Positions 24,879-32,697 of a stretch of DNA of 64,000 bases are shown piece after piece. The stretch comes from Patescibacteria group bacterium (lineage in GTDB: Bacteria; Patescibacteriota; Minisyncoccia; Minisyncoccales; Staskawiczbacteraceae), in assembly GCA_038065715.1 (NCBI GenBank), contig JBBTQL010000004.1, positions 35,693-99,692 of the forward strand, given 5' to 3'. Below the pieces are notes generated by a model, which did not search any database, had not been told where the DNA came from, and saw only the letters and a list, made by a program, of their open reading frames with translations. A program made the position numbers and the translations under genes. How positions within the stretch are numbered: position 1 is the first letter of the stretch; every line of letters starts with the position of its first letter.

Positions 24879-25207
24879 GTCCTTTGGGCTTGAGCCTTTG
24901 CTCTAGCCCTTGGATCCTCTGCCCTTTGCATTTCCTCACGGACTTGCACTGGGCAGATTTTTTTTGCTAAAATATAAATGGTAATAGGTGAATCTTGCGG
25001 GAGATCAAGGTTTCCCGCGGCCGAATCCAGTATTCGTATGCTGAGAGCGTTTGCGATTAAGGTTGCAAACGGAGGGCATACGAATTACTTTCAAAAAAGA
25101 AGATACTTGGCGTGGGAAACTAGGGCATTACGATGCCGAATTCGATACAGCCCTGTGATCGTAAAACTACTTCAAGGGGCAGTGGCATAGATGGTTTCTT
25201 GCGTATT

Positions 25208-25333
25208 TCTGACGGCGATCCGAACTTGCTCAGTGCGAATCGCAATGACGATGGCCATTGGCTGAACGCGTACTACGACAAGCCCGACAACAGGTGGAAT
25301 CGCGACAATGGCTTTGCCTTCGCCGTCTCGCAA
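25208..25333 (+). repeat. DGR-A template repeat (TR)
   Basis: Non-coding copy of the VR, rich in AAC/AAT codons (…AACGCGTACTACGACAAGCCCGACAACAGGTGGAATCGCGACAAT…). Confidence 0.8.
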
Positions 25334-25339
25334 CTCTCT

Positions 25340-25699
25340 TCATTTCTCTCCTTGCTTAGGAGAGTTTTGTTTAATAATTTGTCCCGACCAACCACCGAGC
25401 ATTTTGCCAATTTCATCTAGTTTCAATGATAGAGCAATATATTTTTTGTTATCCAATGATTTTGTTTCCCAAAGAATCATTAAAAATATTTTTAACGTAT
25501 CGACCTTTCTAATTGCTAAACGTACATAGGACAATTTTTCTGATTGCCCAAGAAAACTTGCAGTCACTATTGCCTCTATTGCTTCAACAAAAAGTTTATC
25601 AATTTTTTCACCAAGAGAATATTTATGTATTTTTGGTATAATTAAATAGTGTTGGTACCAAAAAAGATAAGCTTCTTTCAACTTTTGCAAAACAGGCAA
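25340..25699 (-). CDS. avd: DGR accessory variability determinant Avd-A (TTG start)
   Basis: 120 aa. ...KYSLGEKIDKLFVEAIEAIVTASF...KLDEIGKMLGGWSGQIIKQ matches Avd four-helix-bundle proteins (compare Bordetella bAvd ...EVGRILGSWIARVNRK). Starts at TTG 25697-25699 just downstream of the C10 tract, as in copy B. The ORF track's longer start (25834) runs through the homopolymer. Confidence 0.7.
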   Translation of the reverse strand: MPVLQKLKEAYLFWYQHYLIIPKIHKYSLGEKIDKLFVEAIEAIVTASFLGQSEKLSYVRLAIRKVDTLKIFLMILWETKSLDNKKYIALSLKLDEIGKMLGGWSGQIIKQNSPKQGEK

Positions 25700-25705
25700 C
25701 AGTCT

Positions 25706-25715
25706 GGGGGGGGGG
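25706..25715. repeat. Homopolymeric G10 (C10 on the avd strand) in the avd/RT divergent intergenic region
   Basis: agtctGGGGGGGGGGattaaaag. The equivalent position in DGR-B has G7. Confidence 0.9.
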
Positions 25716-25739
25716 ATTAAAAGCTGAGTTATTTTGATT

Positions 25740-26726
25740 ATGAAAATTACTTTGCAACATAAATACGAAGACATCATAAGCGTTGAGAATATTTTGGAAG
25801 CATGGCAAGAGTTTCTTCTCGGCAAAAGAAACAAGCCCGATGTTCAAGAATTTTCTCTCTGTCTGATGAATAATGTTTTTAATTTGCACAACGACTTATC
25901 CAATCATACCTACAAACACGGAGGCTATCAACAATTTAAAATTAACGACCCAAAGCCAAGAACAATCCACAAAGCCAGCGTAAAAGACAGATTATTGCAC
26001 CACGCAGTATATCGTATATTATACCCGTTTTTTGATAAAAAGTTTATTGCAGACTCTTTCTCTTGCAGAAACAACAAAGGCACTCATAAAGCATTAAACA
26101 AATTCAGGGAGTTCAGCTATATTGTTTCCAAAAACAACACAAACACCTGCTGGATTTTAAAATGCGACATAAAAAAGTTTTTTGCCAGCGTTGATCAGCA
26201 GATACTAATTAAAATTTTAGAAAAATATATTTCAGAAAAAGATATTATCAACTTTCTAAAAGAAATAATTTTTGGTTTTAAACCCAATGGTTTGCCTCTC
26301 GGTAATTTGACTTCCCAGTTGTTCGCAAATGTTTATCTGAATGAATTTGACCAGTTTGTAAAACACAAATTGAAAGTAAAATACTATATTAGGTATGCCG
26401 ATGACTTCGTAATTTTATCAGAGAACAAAAATTATTTAAAAAACATAATTCCAGAGCTAAAATATTATTTAAAAAACAATTTAAAACTGGAAATTCATCC
26501 AAATAAAATTTTTATTAAAACATTGAATTCTGGCGTTGATTTTTTAGGCTGGATTAATTTTACAGATCATAGAGTTTTAAGGACAAAAACTAAAAACAGA
26601 ATATTAAAGAGAATAAAAAATAATTCAAGTATTGAAACATTAAATTCTTATTCGGGTTTGTTAAAACATGGAAATATGAACAAAATGATTAAGAAATTAT
26701 TTAAGGAAACGGAGATTGCTTTTTAA
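25740..26726 (+). CDS. DGR reverse transcriptase A
   Basis: RT motifs including GLPLGNLTSQLFANVYLNEFD (DGR-type motif 4) and YIRYADDFV (YxDD). 329 aa. Nearly identical to the partial RT at 63686. Confidence 0.85.
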   Translation: MKITLQHKYEDIISVENILEAWQEFLLGKRNKPDVQEFSLCLMNNVFNLHNDLSNHTYKHGGYQQFKINDPKPRTIHKASVKDRLLHHAVYRILYPFFDKKFIADSFSCRNNKGTHKALNKFREFSYIVSKNNTNTCWILKCDIKKFFASVDQQILIKILEKYISEKDIINFLKEIIFGFKPNGLPLGNLTSQLFANVYLNEFDQFVKHKLKVKYYIRYADDFVILSENKNYLKNIIPELKYYLKNNLKLEIHPNKIFIKTLNSGVDFLGWINFTDHRVLRTKTKNRILKRIKNNSSIETLNSYSGLLKHGNMNKMIKKLFKETEIAF

Positions 26727-26734
26727 TCTATTTT

Positions 26735-27031
26735 GTGTTAGAATTAAAAATCATGAAAAATTCAAAATCTGTTAAGAAATTTATTAGGACGCAAAAGGCG
26801 CAGATTAGGCGCCAGTTTTTTGATGTGAAAAAACAAGAAGCTGAAATAGCAGAGTTATATAAAAAAGTGGCAGGAACTGTGGTGGCGAAATCCTTCGACG
26901 CGGCTCAGGACGATGCTTCTACATTGAAAGCAGAAGTTAAAAAACCTGCCCGCAATGCTTCGCATAGCGATGCAGGCGGGGAGAAATCGAGAAAAGAAAT
27001 AAAGAAACAAAAGCTAAAAGTTAAATCTTAA
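26735..27031 (+). CDS. Small basic hypothetical protein carrying GC inserts
   Basis: 98 aa, K/R-rich. CCTTCGAC-family insert at 26891-26912 encodes KSFDAAQDD. Confidence 0.4.
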   Translation: MLELKIMKNSKSVKKFIRTQKAQIRRQFFDVKKQEAEIAELYKKVAGTVVAKSFDAAQDDASTLKAEVKKPARNASHSDAGGEKSRKEIKKQKLKVKS

Positions 27032-27038
27032 AAATAAG

Positions 27039-27983
27039 ATGAAAGTTATTGATATTCAAAATTTATTTATTAAGCTTGGAATGGAAGCCGATTTTCGCGG
27101 CAAAGACGGAGTGCAGAGTTTTTTGGATAACAAAAAGAAAAAGTTTGAAAAATTATCTTTACAGGAAAAAGAAGAATTTGATAAAGACGCTTTAGAAAAT
27201 CCTTATTTGGATTCAGGCATTTATAATATTTCAGACGATAAAGAAATAAAAAAAGTTTTAGTTGGGATTGATATTTCGCCCGCAGAAATTTTAATAGCAA
27301 AAGAGCTTGGCGGCATTGATTTAATTATCGCCCACCATCCAATAGGCAAGGGTTTGGCGCAGTTGGCAGATGTTATGAGCCTGCAGTGCGATGTTTTAAG
27401 TTATTACGGAGTTCCAATAAATATATCAGAAGGCTTAATGAAAGAAAGAATTTCAGAAGTGGCGCGAGGAGTTAATGCTTCAAACCACCAAAGAACAGTT
27501 GACGCGGCGAAACTTATGAATGTTAATTTAATGAATTCCCATACTCCAGCCGATAATTCTGCGGCAAAATTTTTAAGGGGTTTAATTGAAAACAAAAAAA
27601 TAGACAGGGTTTCAGACCTGATAAATATATTAAAAGAAATACCAGAATATAAAGAAGCTATGAAAATTGGAGTTGGCCCTAAAATTTTTGTGGGCACGCC
27701 CGAAAATCATTGCGGAAAAATTGCTTTATCTGAAATAACAGGAGGCACTGAAGGCTCTCCAAAGCTTTATGAAAAAATGGCCCAGGCTGGCATTGGAACT
27801 GTTGTTGGAATGCATATTTCAGAAGAGCATAAGAAAGAAGCAGAAAACGCCCACATTAATATTGTGATAGCTGGCCACATTTCTTCAGATTCGCTTGGCA
27901 TGAATTTATTAATGGACGAGCTGGAAAAACAGGGAATTGAAATTGTGCCTTGCTCTGGGTTCGCAAGATTTTCAAGAGTTTAA
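27039..27983 (+). CDS. Nif3-family dinuclear metal-centre protein (YqfO/YbgI-like)
   Basis: IDLIIAHHPIGKG, MNSHTPADNSA and IAGHISSD correspond to the conserved His clusters of Nif3. Confidence 0.6.
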   Translation: MKVIDIQNLFIKLGMEADFRGKDGVQSFLDNKKKKFEKLSLQEKEEFDKDALENPYLDSGIYNISDDKEIKKVLVGIDISPAEILIAKELGGIDLIIAHHPIGKGLAQLADVMSLQCDVLSYYGVPINISEGLMKERISEVARGVNASNHQRTVDAAKLMNVNLMNSHTPADNSAAKFLRGLIENKKIDRVSDLINILKEIPEYKEAMKIGVGPKIFVGTPENHCGKIALSEITGGTEGSPKLYEKMAQAGIGTVVGMHISEEHKKEAENAHINIVIAGHISSDSLGMNLLMDELEKQGIEIVPCSGFARFSRV

Positions 27984-27990
27984 AAATTAC

Positions 27991-28018
27991 TTGACATTTG
28001 TTTTTTTGGGATTAAAAT
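27991..28018 (+). promoter_or_regulatory. Promoter TTGACA-N16-TAAAAT
   Basis: ttgaca 27991-27996 and taaaat 28013-28018, upstream of a 170-nt structured transcript. Confidence 0.45.
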
Positions 28019-28024
28019 GCAAAG

Positions 28025-28200
28025 TGAGGGGGTGAGAGATTTATTCTCAAGGACAGAATAGTTCTTAATGAAGGAGGTTTATGCATATGCCTAGCTTCAC
28101 ATTGTCCGAATCTAGTTTAAACAACAGGCCAAGAGCGTTGAGAATTATATACCCCCTCATCAAAAAAACCATCCTTCGATAAACTCAGGATGGTTTTTTC
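28025..28200 (+). ncRNA. Candidate small RNA / leader-peptide transcript with a closing helix and terminator
   Basis: gagggggt (28026-28033) pairs with accccctc (28151-28158). Strong SD aaggagg followed by a 33-codon ORF (28081-28182, MHMPSFTLSESSLNNRPRALRIIYPLIKKTILR). Terminator aaccatcc..ggatggtt + T6 at 28166-28200. Confidence 0.35.
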
Positions 28201-28282
28201 GATTGATAAGGCGCATCTTTTTTGTTAATATACAAATAAAGGTCGTAACTTATTTTAGCTTTAAATTATTCAAATTTATTTT

Positions 28283-28561
28283 ATGCCAAAAGAAGAAAAA
28301 GCCCTGCCTGCCGTCAGGCAGGCAATTGGCAAAATTACTCACTATTTTTCTAATATAGGCGTGGCGGTTATTGATATTTCTGGTGTTTTAAAAGAAGGCG
28401 ATAGCATTAGAATTACAGGCGGAGAGAATACAGACTTTGAGCAAGAAGTTGATTCTATGCAGGTTGACCACAAGGAAGTAAAAACTGCCAAAAAAGGAGA
28501 TTCTGTGGGATTAAAAGTAAAAGAAAAAGTCAGAGAGGGATATAGCGTTTATAAAATTTAA
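28283..28561 (+). CDS. Hypothetical protein (small beta-barrel-like)
   Basis: 92-aa ORF after the terminated sRNA. No recognisable motifs. Confidence 0.4.
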   Translation: MPKEEKALPAVRQAIGKITHYFSNIGVAVIDISGVLKEGDSIRITGGENTDFEQEVDSMQVDHKEVKTAKKGDSVGLKVKEKVREGYSVYKI

Positions 28562-28653
28562 AATTAAATTTTATAAACGAATTTTTAATTTTTAATTTAT
28601 AATTTTTAATTATAGTATCGCATAAATCGCGATAATGTTTATTTTATTTTAAA

Positions 28654-29085
28654 ATGGCAGAAAATATACAAGAAAAGATAGAAAATAAAATTATTGATTT
28701 AATAGCATTGGGAGCAGGAGGAAGGCTTATAGTTTTTAAGCCCCAAAATTCCTTCGGGCGTAGCTCGCAGCCGTTAGCTTACGAGCGAGGCCCAACGGGC
28801 GAGCCAACGGGCGAGGCGGATAAAGATTTGGTTGTAGAAAAAAAGGGCGATTATAAAAAAAAGCCGATTTTTTTAAAAATTTACGATAAAAAACTTTTTG
28901 ATAAAGTTTTAGCAGATAAGGATAAGGATAAAAACTTTTATTTAATTTTTGCGCGTTTTGACATCGTAAAGCAAGATATTGAAGACGAAATTTTTATTGT
29001 TTCATCCGTTGATTCAAAAAAGATTATAATGAGTAAAAAAGATTTTGTCAGATTTCTATTAGAAAAATTTGAAAAAAGAGAATAA
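28654..29085 (+). CDS. Hypothetical protein with a 70-nt GC-rich insert
   Basis: 143 aa. Insert at 28750-28820 encodes NSFGRSSQPLAYERGPTGEPTGEA within otherwise K/I/D-rich sequence. Confidence 0.4.
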   Translation: MAENIQEKIENKIIDLIALGAGGRLIVFKPQNSFGRSSQPLAYERGPTGEPTGEADKDLVVEKKGDYKKKPIFLKIYDKKLFDKVLADKDKDKNFYLIFARFDIVKQDIEDEIFIVSSVDSKKIIMSKKDFVRFLLEKFEKRE

Positions 29086-29087
29086 TT

Positions 29088-30386
29088 ATGAAGTTTGCAG
29101 CTGATTTTCATATACACTCAAAATATTCAAGAGCCACTTCCCCTTCAATGGACTTGGAAAATTTAGATAAATGGGCAAAAATTAAAGGCATTAAGGTTTT
29201 AGGAACAGGAGATTTTACTCATCCTGGTTGGCTTAAGAATTTAAAAGAAAAATTGAGCCCCGCTGAGCGGGGTCTTTTTTGCGCCCAAGGCGCATCCGCC
29301 TTGGGCGCAAAGCTTAATGATAATTTTGCTACTAGGTTTTTACTTACAGCTGAGATTAGCTGTATATATTCTAAGGCTGGTAAAGTTAGAAAAATCCATA
29401 TTATAATTTTTGCCCCCTCATTTGAGGCAGTAGAAAAAATTAATTTAAAACTGGGCCAAATTGGAAATTTAAAAGCAGATGGCAGGCCTATTTTAGGCCT
29501 TGATGCAAAAGAATTGGCTAAAATTATTTTTGACGCAGATGAAAATTGCATGGTTGCGCCGGCTCATATGTGGACGCCATGGTTTTCTGTTTTCGGTTCA
29601 AAATCAGGCTTTAATTCAATGGAAGAGTGTTTTGAAGAATATTCAAAATATATTTACGCTGGCGAAACTGGTTTGTCTTCTGACCCGGCAATGAACTGGC
29701 GGCTTTCACAATTAGATAAAATTACCTTGATTTCTAATAGCGACGCCCATTCCCCCAGTAAAATCGGTAGAGAAGCGAATTTTTTTGATACAGAAATGAG
29801 TTATATTGGGATAATAGACATAATAAAAAACCCCATTAGAAAGCCTTCGGCTTCTAACGGGGCAAGGTTTTTGTATACAATAGAATTTTTTCCAGAAGAA
29901 GGAAAGTATCATTATGACGGCCATAGGTCGTGCGACATAAGATTATCTCCGCAAGAATCAAAAAGATATAACAATATTTGCCCAAAATGCCAAAAACCTC
30001 TTGTTATTGGAGTTTTAAACAGAGTTGAGGAGCTGGCTGATAGGCCTGAAGGATTCCAGCCAGAAAATGCTGTACCTTTTAAAAGCTTAATTCCATTAGA
30101 AGAAATAATCGCTGAATCTATCGGCGTTACGACTGCGTCAAAACAAGTCGCTAAATTTTATAATAATTTAATAAAAAATATAGGCAGCGAGTTTAAAATT
30201 TTGTTAGAAGCAGATAAAGAAGAAATTAAAAAAATAAGTTTGCCTGCCATTGCAGAAGGTATTATAAAAGTTAGGGAAGGGAAAATTTATATTGAGCCGG
30301 GTTACGATGGAGTCTATGGAAAAATAAAAATTTTTGCAAAACCAGAGGAAAAAAAATTTTTATTTTCACAAAAAACATTATTTTAA
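29088..30386 (+). CDS. EndoQ-like PHP-domain endonuclease (TIGR00375 family)
   Basis: MKFAADFHIHSKYSRATSPSMDLENLDKWAKIKGIKVLGTGDFTHPGW closely matches the EndoQ N-terminus. C-terminal zinc finger CPKCQKP. 432 aa. Confidence 0.6.
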   Translation: MKFAADFHIHSKYSRATSPSMDLENLDKWAKIKGIKVLGTGDFTHPGWLKNLKEKLSPAERGLFCAQGASALGAKLNDNFATRFLLTAEISCIYSKAGKVRKIHIIIFAPSFEAVEKINLKLGQIGNLKADGRPILGLDAKELAKIIFDADENCMVAPAHMWTPWFSVFGSKSGFNSMEECFEEYSKYIYAGETGLSSDPAMNWRLSQLDKITLISNSDAHSPSKIGREANFFDTEMSYIGIIDIIKNPIRKPSASNGARFLYTIEFFPEEGKYHYDGHRSCDIRLSPQESKRYNNICPKCQKPLVIGVLNRVEELADRPEGFQPENAVPFKSLIPLEEIIAESIGVTTASKQVAKFYNNLIKNIGSEFKILLEADKEEIKKISLPAIAEGIIKVREGKIYIEPGYDGVYGKIKIFAKPEEKKFLFSQKTLF

Positions 30387-30486
30387 TAAAGTTATTAACC
30401 CTTGCGCTATTATGTTTGCTATTATAAAATTATTCAACGGTGTTTTTTTAGTTCATTGAAAATCAGTAGAACAAGGAGGTTTTAAT

Positions 30487-30708
30487 ATGTCTGCCTGTGC
30501 GAAAACAGAACATAAAAAAGAATTGAAGAAGAAGCTAATTTATAGCGTAATATTTGAAAACGATGGAGAAGAATCATCAAACATGACAGAAATATTTGCA
30601 TTAATAGAAGAAAAAATAAACACCGCTGAAAGGCAGGGCAAGAGAGTTAAATTGTGTATATGTTTTGTTGATGATGTAATATTAAAAATATATCCTTTTT
30701 GTGTTTAA
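30487..30708 (+). CDS. Small hypothetical protein
   Basis: 73-aa ORF with SD aaggagg. Confidence 0.25.
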   Translation: MSACAKTEHKKELKKKLIYSVIFENDGEESSNMTEIFALIEEKINTAERQGKRVKLCICFVDDVILKIYPFCV

Positions 30709-30845
30709 TATAAATATGGGTTATCATTGCGATAGCCTTTTTTTATTATAAAAACAGCTCCGAAAATTGAGGGGTTGACATTTTTAAGAAAATAAATAAG
30801 ATTAAAGAACCCTAAGGGAAAGAAAATTAAGTTTGAAGAGAAATC

Positions 30846-31322
30846 ATGGACGAAAAGAAATTTTATTTAACTAAACAAAAATTAGCAGAATTGGAAAAAG
30901 AGCATAAAAAAATGCTTGCTTTTGAAAAAAATAAGGCAACAGGAGAAGAAGCGCCCAAAATTTTTGAATCCGAGGATATAAATCCAGAATTTATCAGTTT
31001 TCAAGAGGACATGATTTTTTTGAGGTCCAGAATTAAAGAATTAGAAAATATTTTAGCCAACTATGAATTGATTAAAAATCCTACGAAAGAAAATAAAAAC
31101 ATCGTTAATTTAGGGGCTAAAGTTTTGCTGGAAATAGACGGACAAAAAGACCAATTTATAATCACTGGCACCCTTGAGGCTAATCCGTCTTTAGGGAAAA
31201 TAAGCAACGAATCTCCTGTAGGAAAGGCGCTTATGGGGCATAAAATTGGAGACGAGGTCGTTGTTTCTTCCCCTATTAAGACAACATATAAAATAAAAAA
31301 CATAAAATACGAAATTAGCTAA
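30846..31322 (+). CDS. greA: Transcription elongation factor GreA
   Basis: Coiled-coil N-terminus. C-terminal SPVGKALMGHKIGDEVVV signature. Confidence 0.85.
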   Translation: MDEKKFYLTKQKLAELEKEHKKMLAFEKNKATGEEAPKIFESEDINPEFISFQEDMIFLRSRIKELENILANYELIKNPTKENKNIVNLGAKVLLEIDGQKDQFIITGTLEANPSLGKISNESPVGKALMGHKIGDEVVVSSPIKTTYKIKNIKYEIS

Positions 31323-31326
31323 GCAT

Positions 31327-31962
31327 ATGAAAGATTTGGTTAATTTTTTTCATCAAGTCGGCAAGCTAAAAGATATGCCGAGGCGCGGCTGGGTGATAAA
31401 TGATATTAAAAATCCAGAAAGCATTGCTGAGCATATTTTTCGAGCCTCTTTAATGGTTTGGATTTTGGGCAGTAAAAAGAAGCTTAATATAGAAAGAGTT
31501 TTAAAGATGGCTTTGATCCATGATTTGTGTGAGATATATGCTGGCGACACAACTCCCTATGATTCTATTTTGCCAAAAAATCACAAAAAAAGAAAAGAGT
31601 TTATGAAGACCTGGCCAAGGTTTTCAGATAAAGAAAAAAAGAGGTTAAGCGAAAAAAAGCATAAAAAAGAAAAAATTGCTTTAGAAAAACTTCTTAAAAA
31701 TTTACCAAGAGAATTAAGCAGTGAAATTAAACATTTGTGGTATGATTATGAAAAAGGTTTGACCAAAGAGGGAAGATTTTTTAAACAAACAGATCGTCTC
31801 GAAAATTTTTTACAGGCAATGGAATATTGGAAAAAGTATAAAAAGCCGCCGCAAGGGCCTTGGTGGGAATGGGCAAGAGAATTTTTTGACGACCCCGTCT
31901 CACTTGAGTTTGTTGAAGAAATGGCTAAAAAGTTTCACCATAAAATTAAACCAAGAGCCTAA
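31327..31962 (+). CDS. HD-domain phosphohydrolase (YfbR-like)
   Basis: IAEHIFRAS...ALIHDLCEIYAGDTTPYD (H...HD...D). Confidence 0.7.
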   Translation: MKDLVNFFHQVGKLKDMPRRGWVINDIKNPESIAEHIFRASLMVWILGSKKKLNIERVLKMALIHDLCEIYAGDTTPYDSILPKNHKKRKEFMKTWPRFSDKEKKRLSEKKHKKEKIALEKLLKNLPRELSSEIKHLWYDYEKGLTKEGRFFKQTDRLENFLQAMEYWKKYKKPPQGPWWEWAREFFDDPVSLEFVEEMAKKFHHKIKPRA

Positions 31963-32048
31963 AAAAAACAAAACTCCAAAATGGGGTTTTTTGTTTTTAG
32001 TTTAATAACAGGATATAATAAATATATAATTAAAAATATTCTATTAAA

Positions 32049-32690
32049 ATGCCAAAACTTATAAACAAGATTATTAAAGTATTAATAACAAGCGATTTCT
32101 TTTTGAATTTAGGCTGGGGTCTTTTGTCGCCTATTTTTGCCTTATTTATTTTAGAAAAAATAACAATTGGAAACCCAGCGAAGGCTGCGGAGGTGGCTGG
32201 ATTTGCTGCATTATTTTATTGGATATCAAAATCATCTATAGAAATACCCATAGGCAGATTTTTAGATAAAAATAAAGGGGAAAAAGATGATTTTTGGTTT
32301 ATGGTCAGCGGACTTTTTATAGTGGGATTAGTGCCTATTGGATATTTATTTTCCACATCTCCTTGGCAAATTTATTTTTTTCAGATAATTCATGCTGTTG
32401 GCATGGCAATGACTTTGCCTTCTTGGCTGGCAATTTTTACCCGCCATATAGATAAAGGCAAGGAAGCATTTGAATGGAGTATGGAAACCACATCTATGGG
32501 AGCTGGAGCCGGAATAGCTGGAGGATTGGGGGGTATTATAGCCTCGGTTTTTGGCTTTAAAATACTTTTTATTTTTGTAAGCTCTCTTACAATATTTTCT
32601 GCATTTTTGTTATTGTTTGTAAAAAACGATATTTCTGCAAAACCAGCTGGCGTTAAAATATATGCAGAAAAACCAGTAGTAGAACCATAG
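32049..32690 (+). CDS. Polytopic membrane protein of unknown function
   Basis: 213 aa with ~6 hydrophobic helices. Confidence 0.4.
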   Translation: MPKLINKIIKVLITSDFFLNLGWGLLSPIFALFILEKITIGNPAKAAEVAGFAALFYWISKSSIEIPIGRFLDKNKGEKDDFWFMVSGLFIVGLVPIGYLFSTSPWQIYFFQIIHAVGMAMTLPSWLAIFTRHIDKGKEAFEWSMETTSMGAGAGIAGGLGGIIASVFGFKILFIFVSSLTIFSAFLLLFVKNDISAKPAGVKIYAEKPVVEP

Positions 32691-32697
32691 TATAGTT

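Noticed and set aside
24345-24949. Several long minus-strand ORFs (24345..24866, 24404..24949, 24733..24939) and the plus-strand ORF 24580..24906 overlapping the DGR-A target gene
   Set aside because: High GC removes stop codons in all frames. These ORFs have Arg/Ala/Pro-rich low-complexity translations and no SD, and they overlap a gene supported by SD, VR/TR logic and protein-like composition. Treated as spurious.
24919-24966. Possible terminator after target A (ctgccc…gggcag + T8)
   Set aside because: The stem is only 6 bp with a 26-nt loop. It is too weak to call confidently, although the T8 run is suggestive.
25133-25420. ORF 25133..25420 (+) and ORF 63131..63424 (+)
   Set aside because: These frames are simply the template repeats (TR-A, TR-B) read in the VR frame. 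They translate to Asn-rich VR-like peptides because the TR is a copy of the VR. DGR TRs are non-coding.
25623-25889. ORF 25623..25889 (-) and the long N-terminal extension of the avd ORF up to 25834
   Set aside because: Both run through the C10 homopolymer and overlap the RT start. Avd-B shows the true start is the TTG immediately downstream of the tract, at 25697-25699 in copy A.
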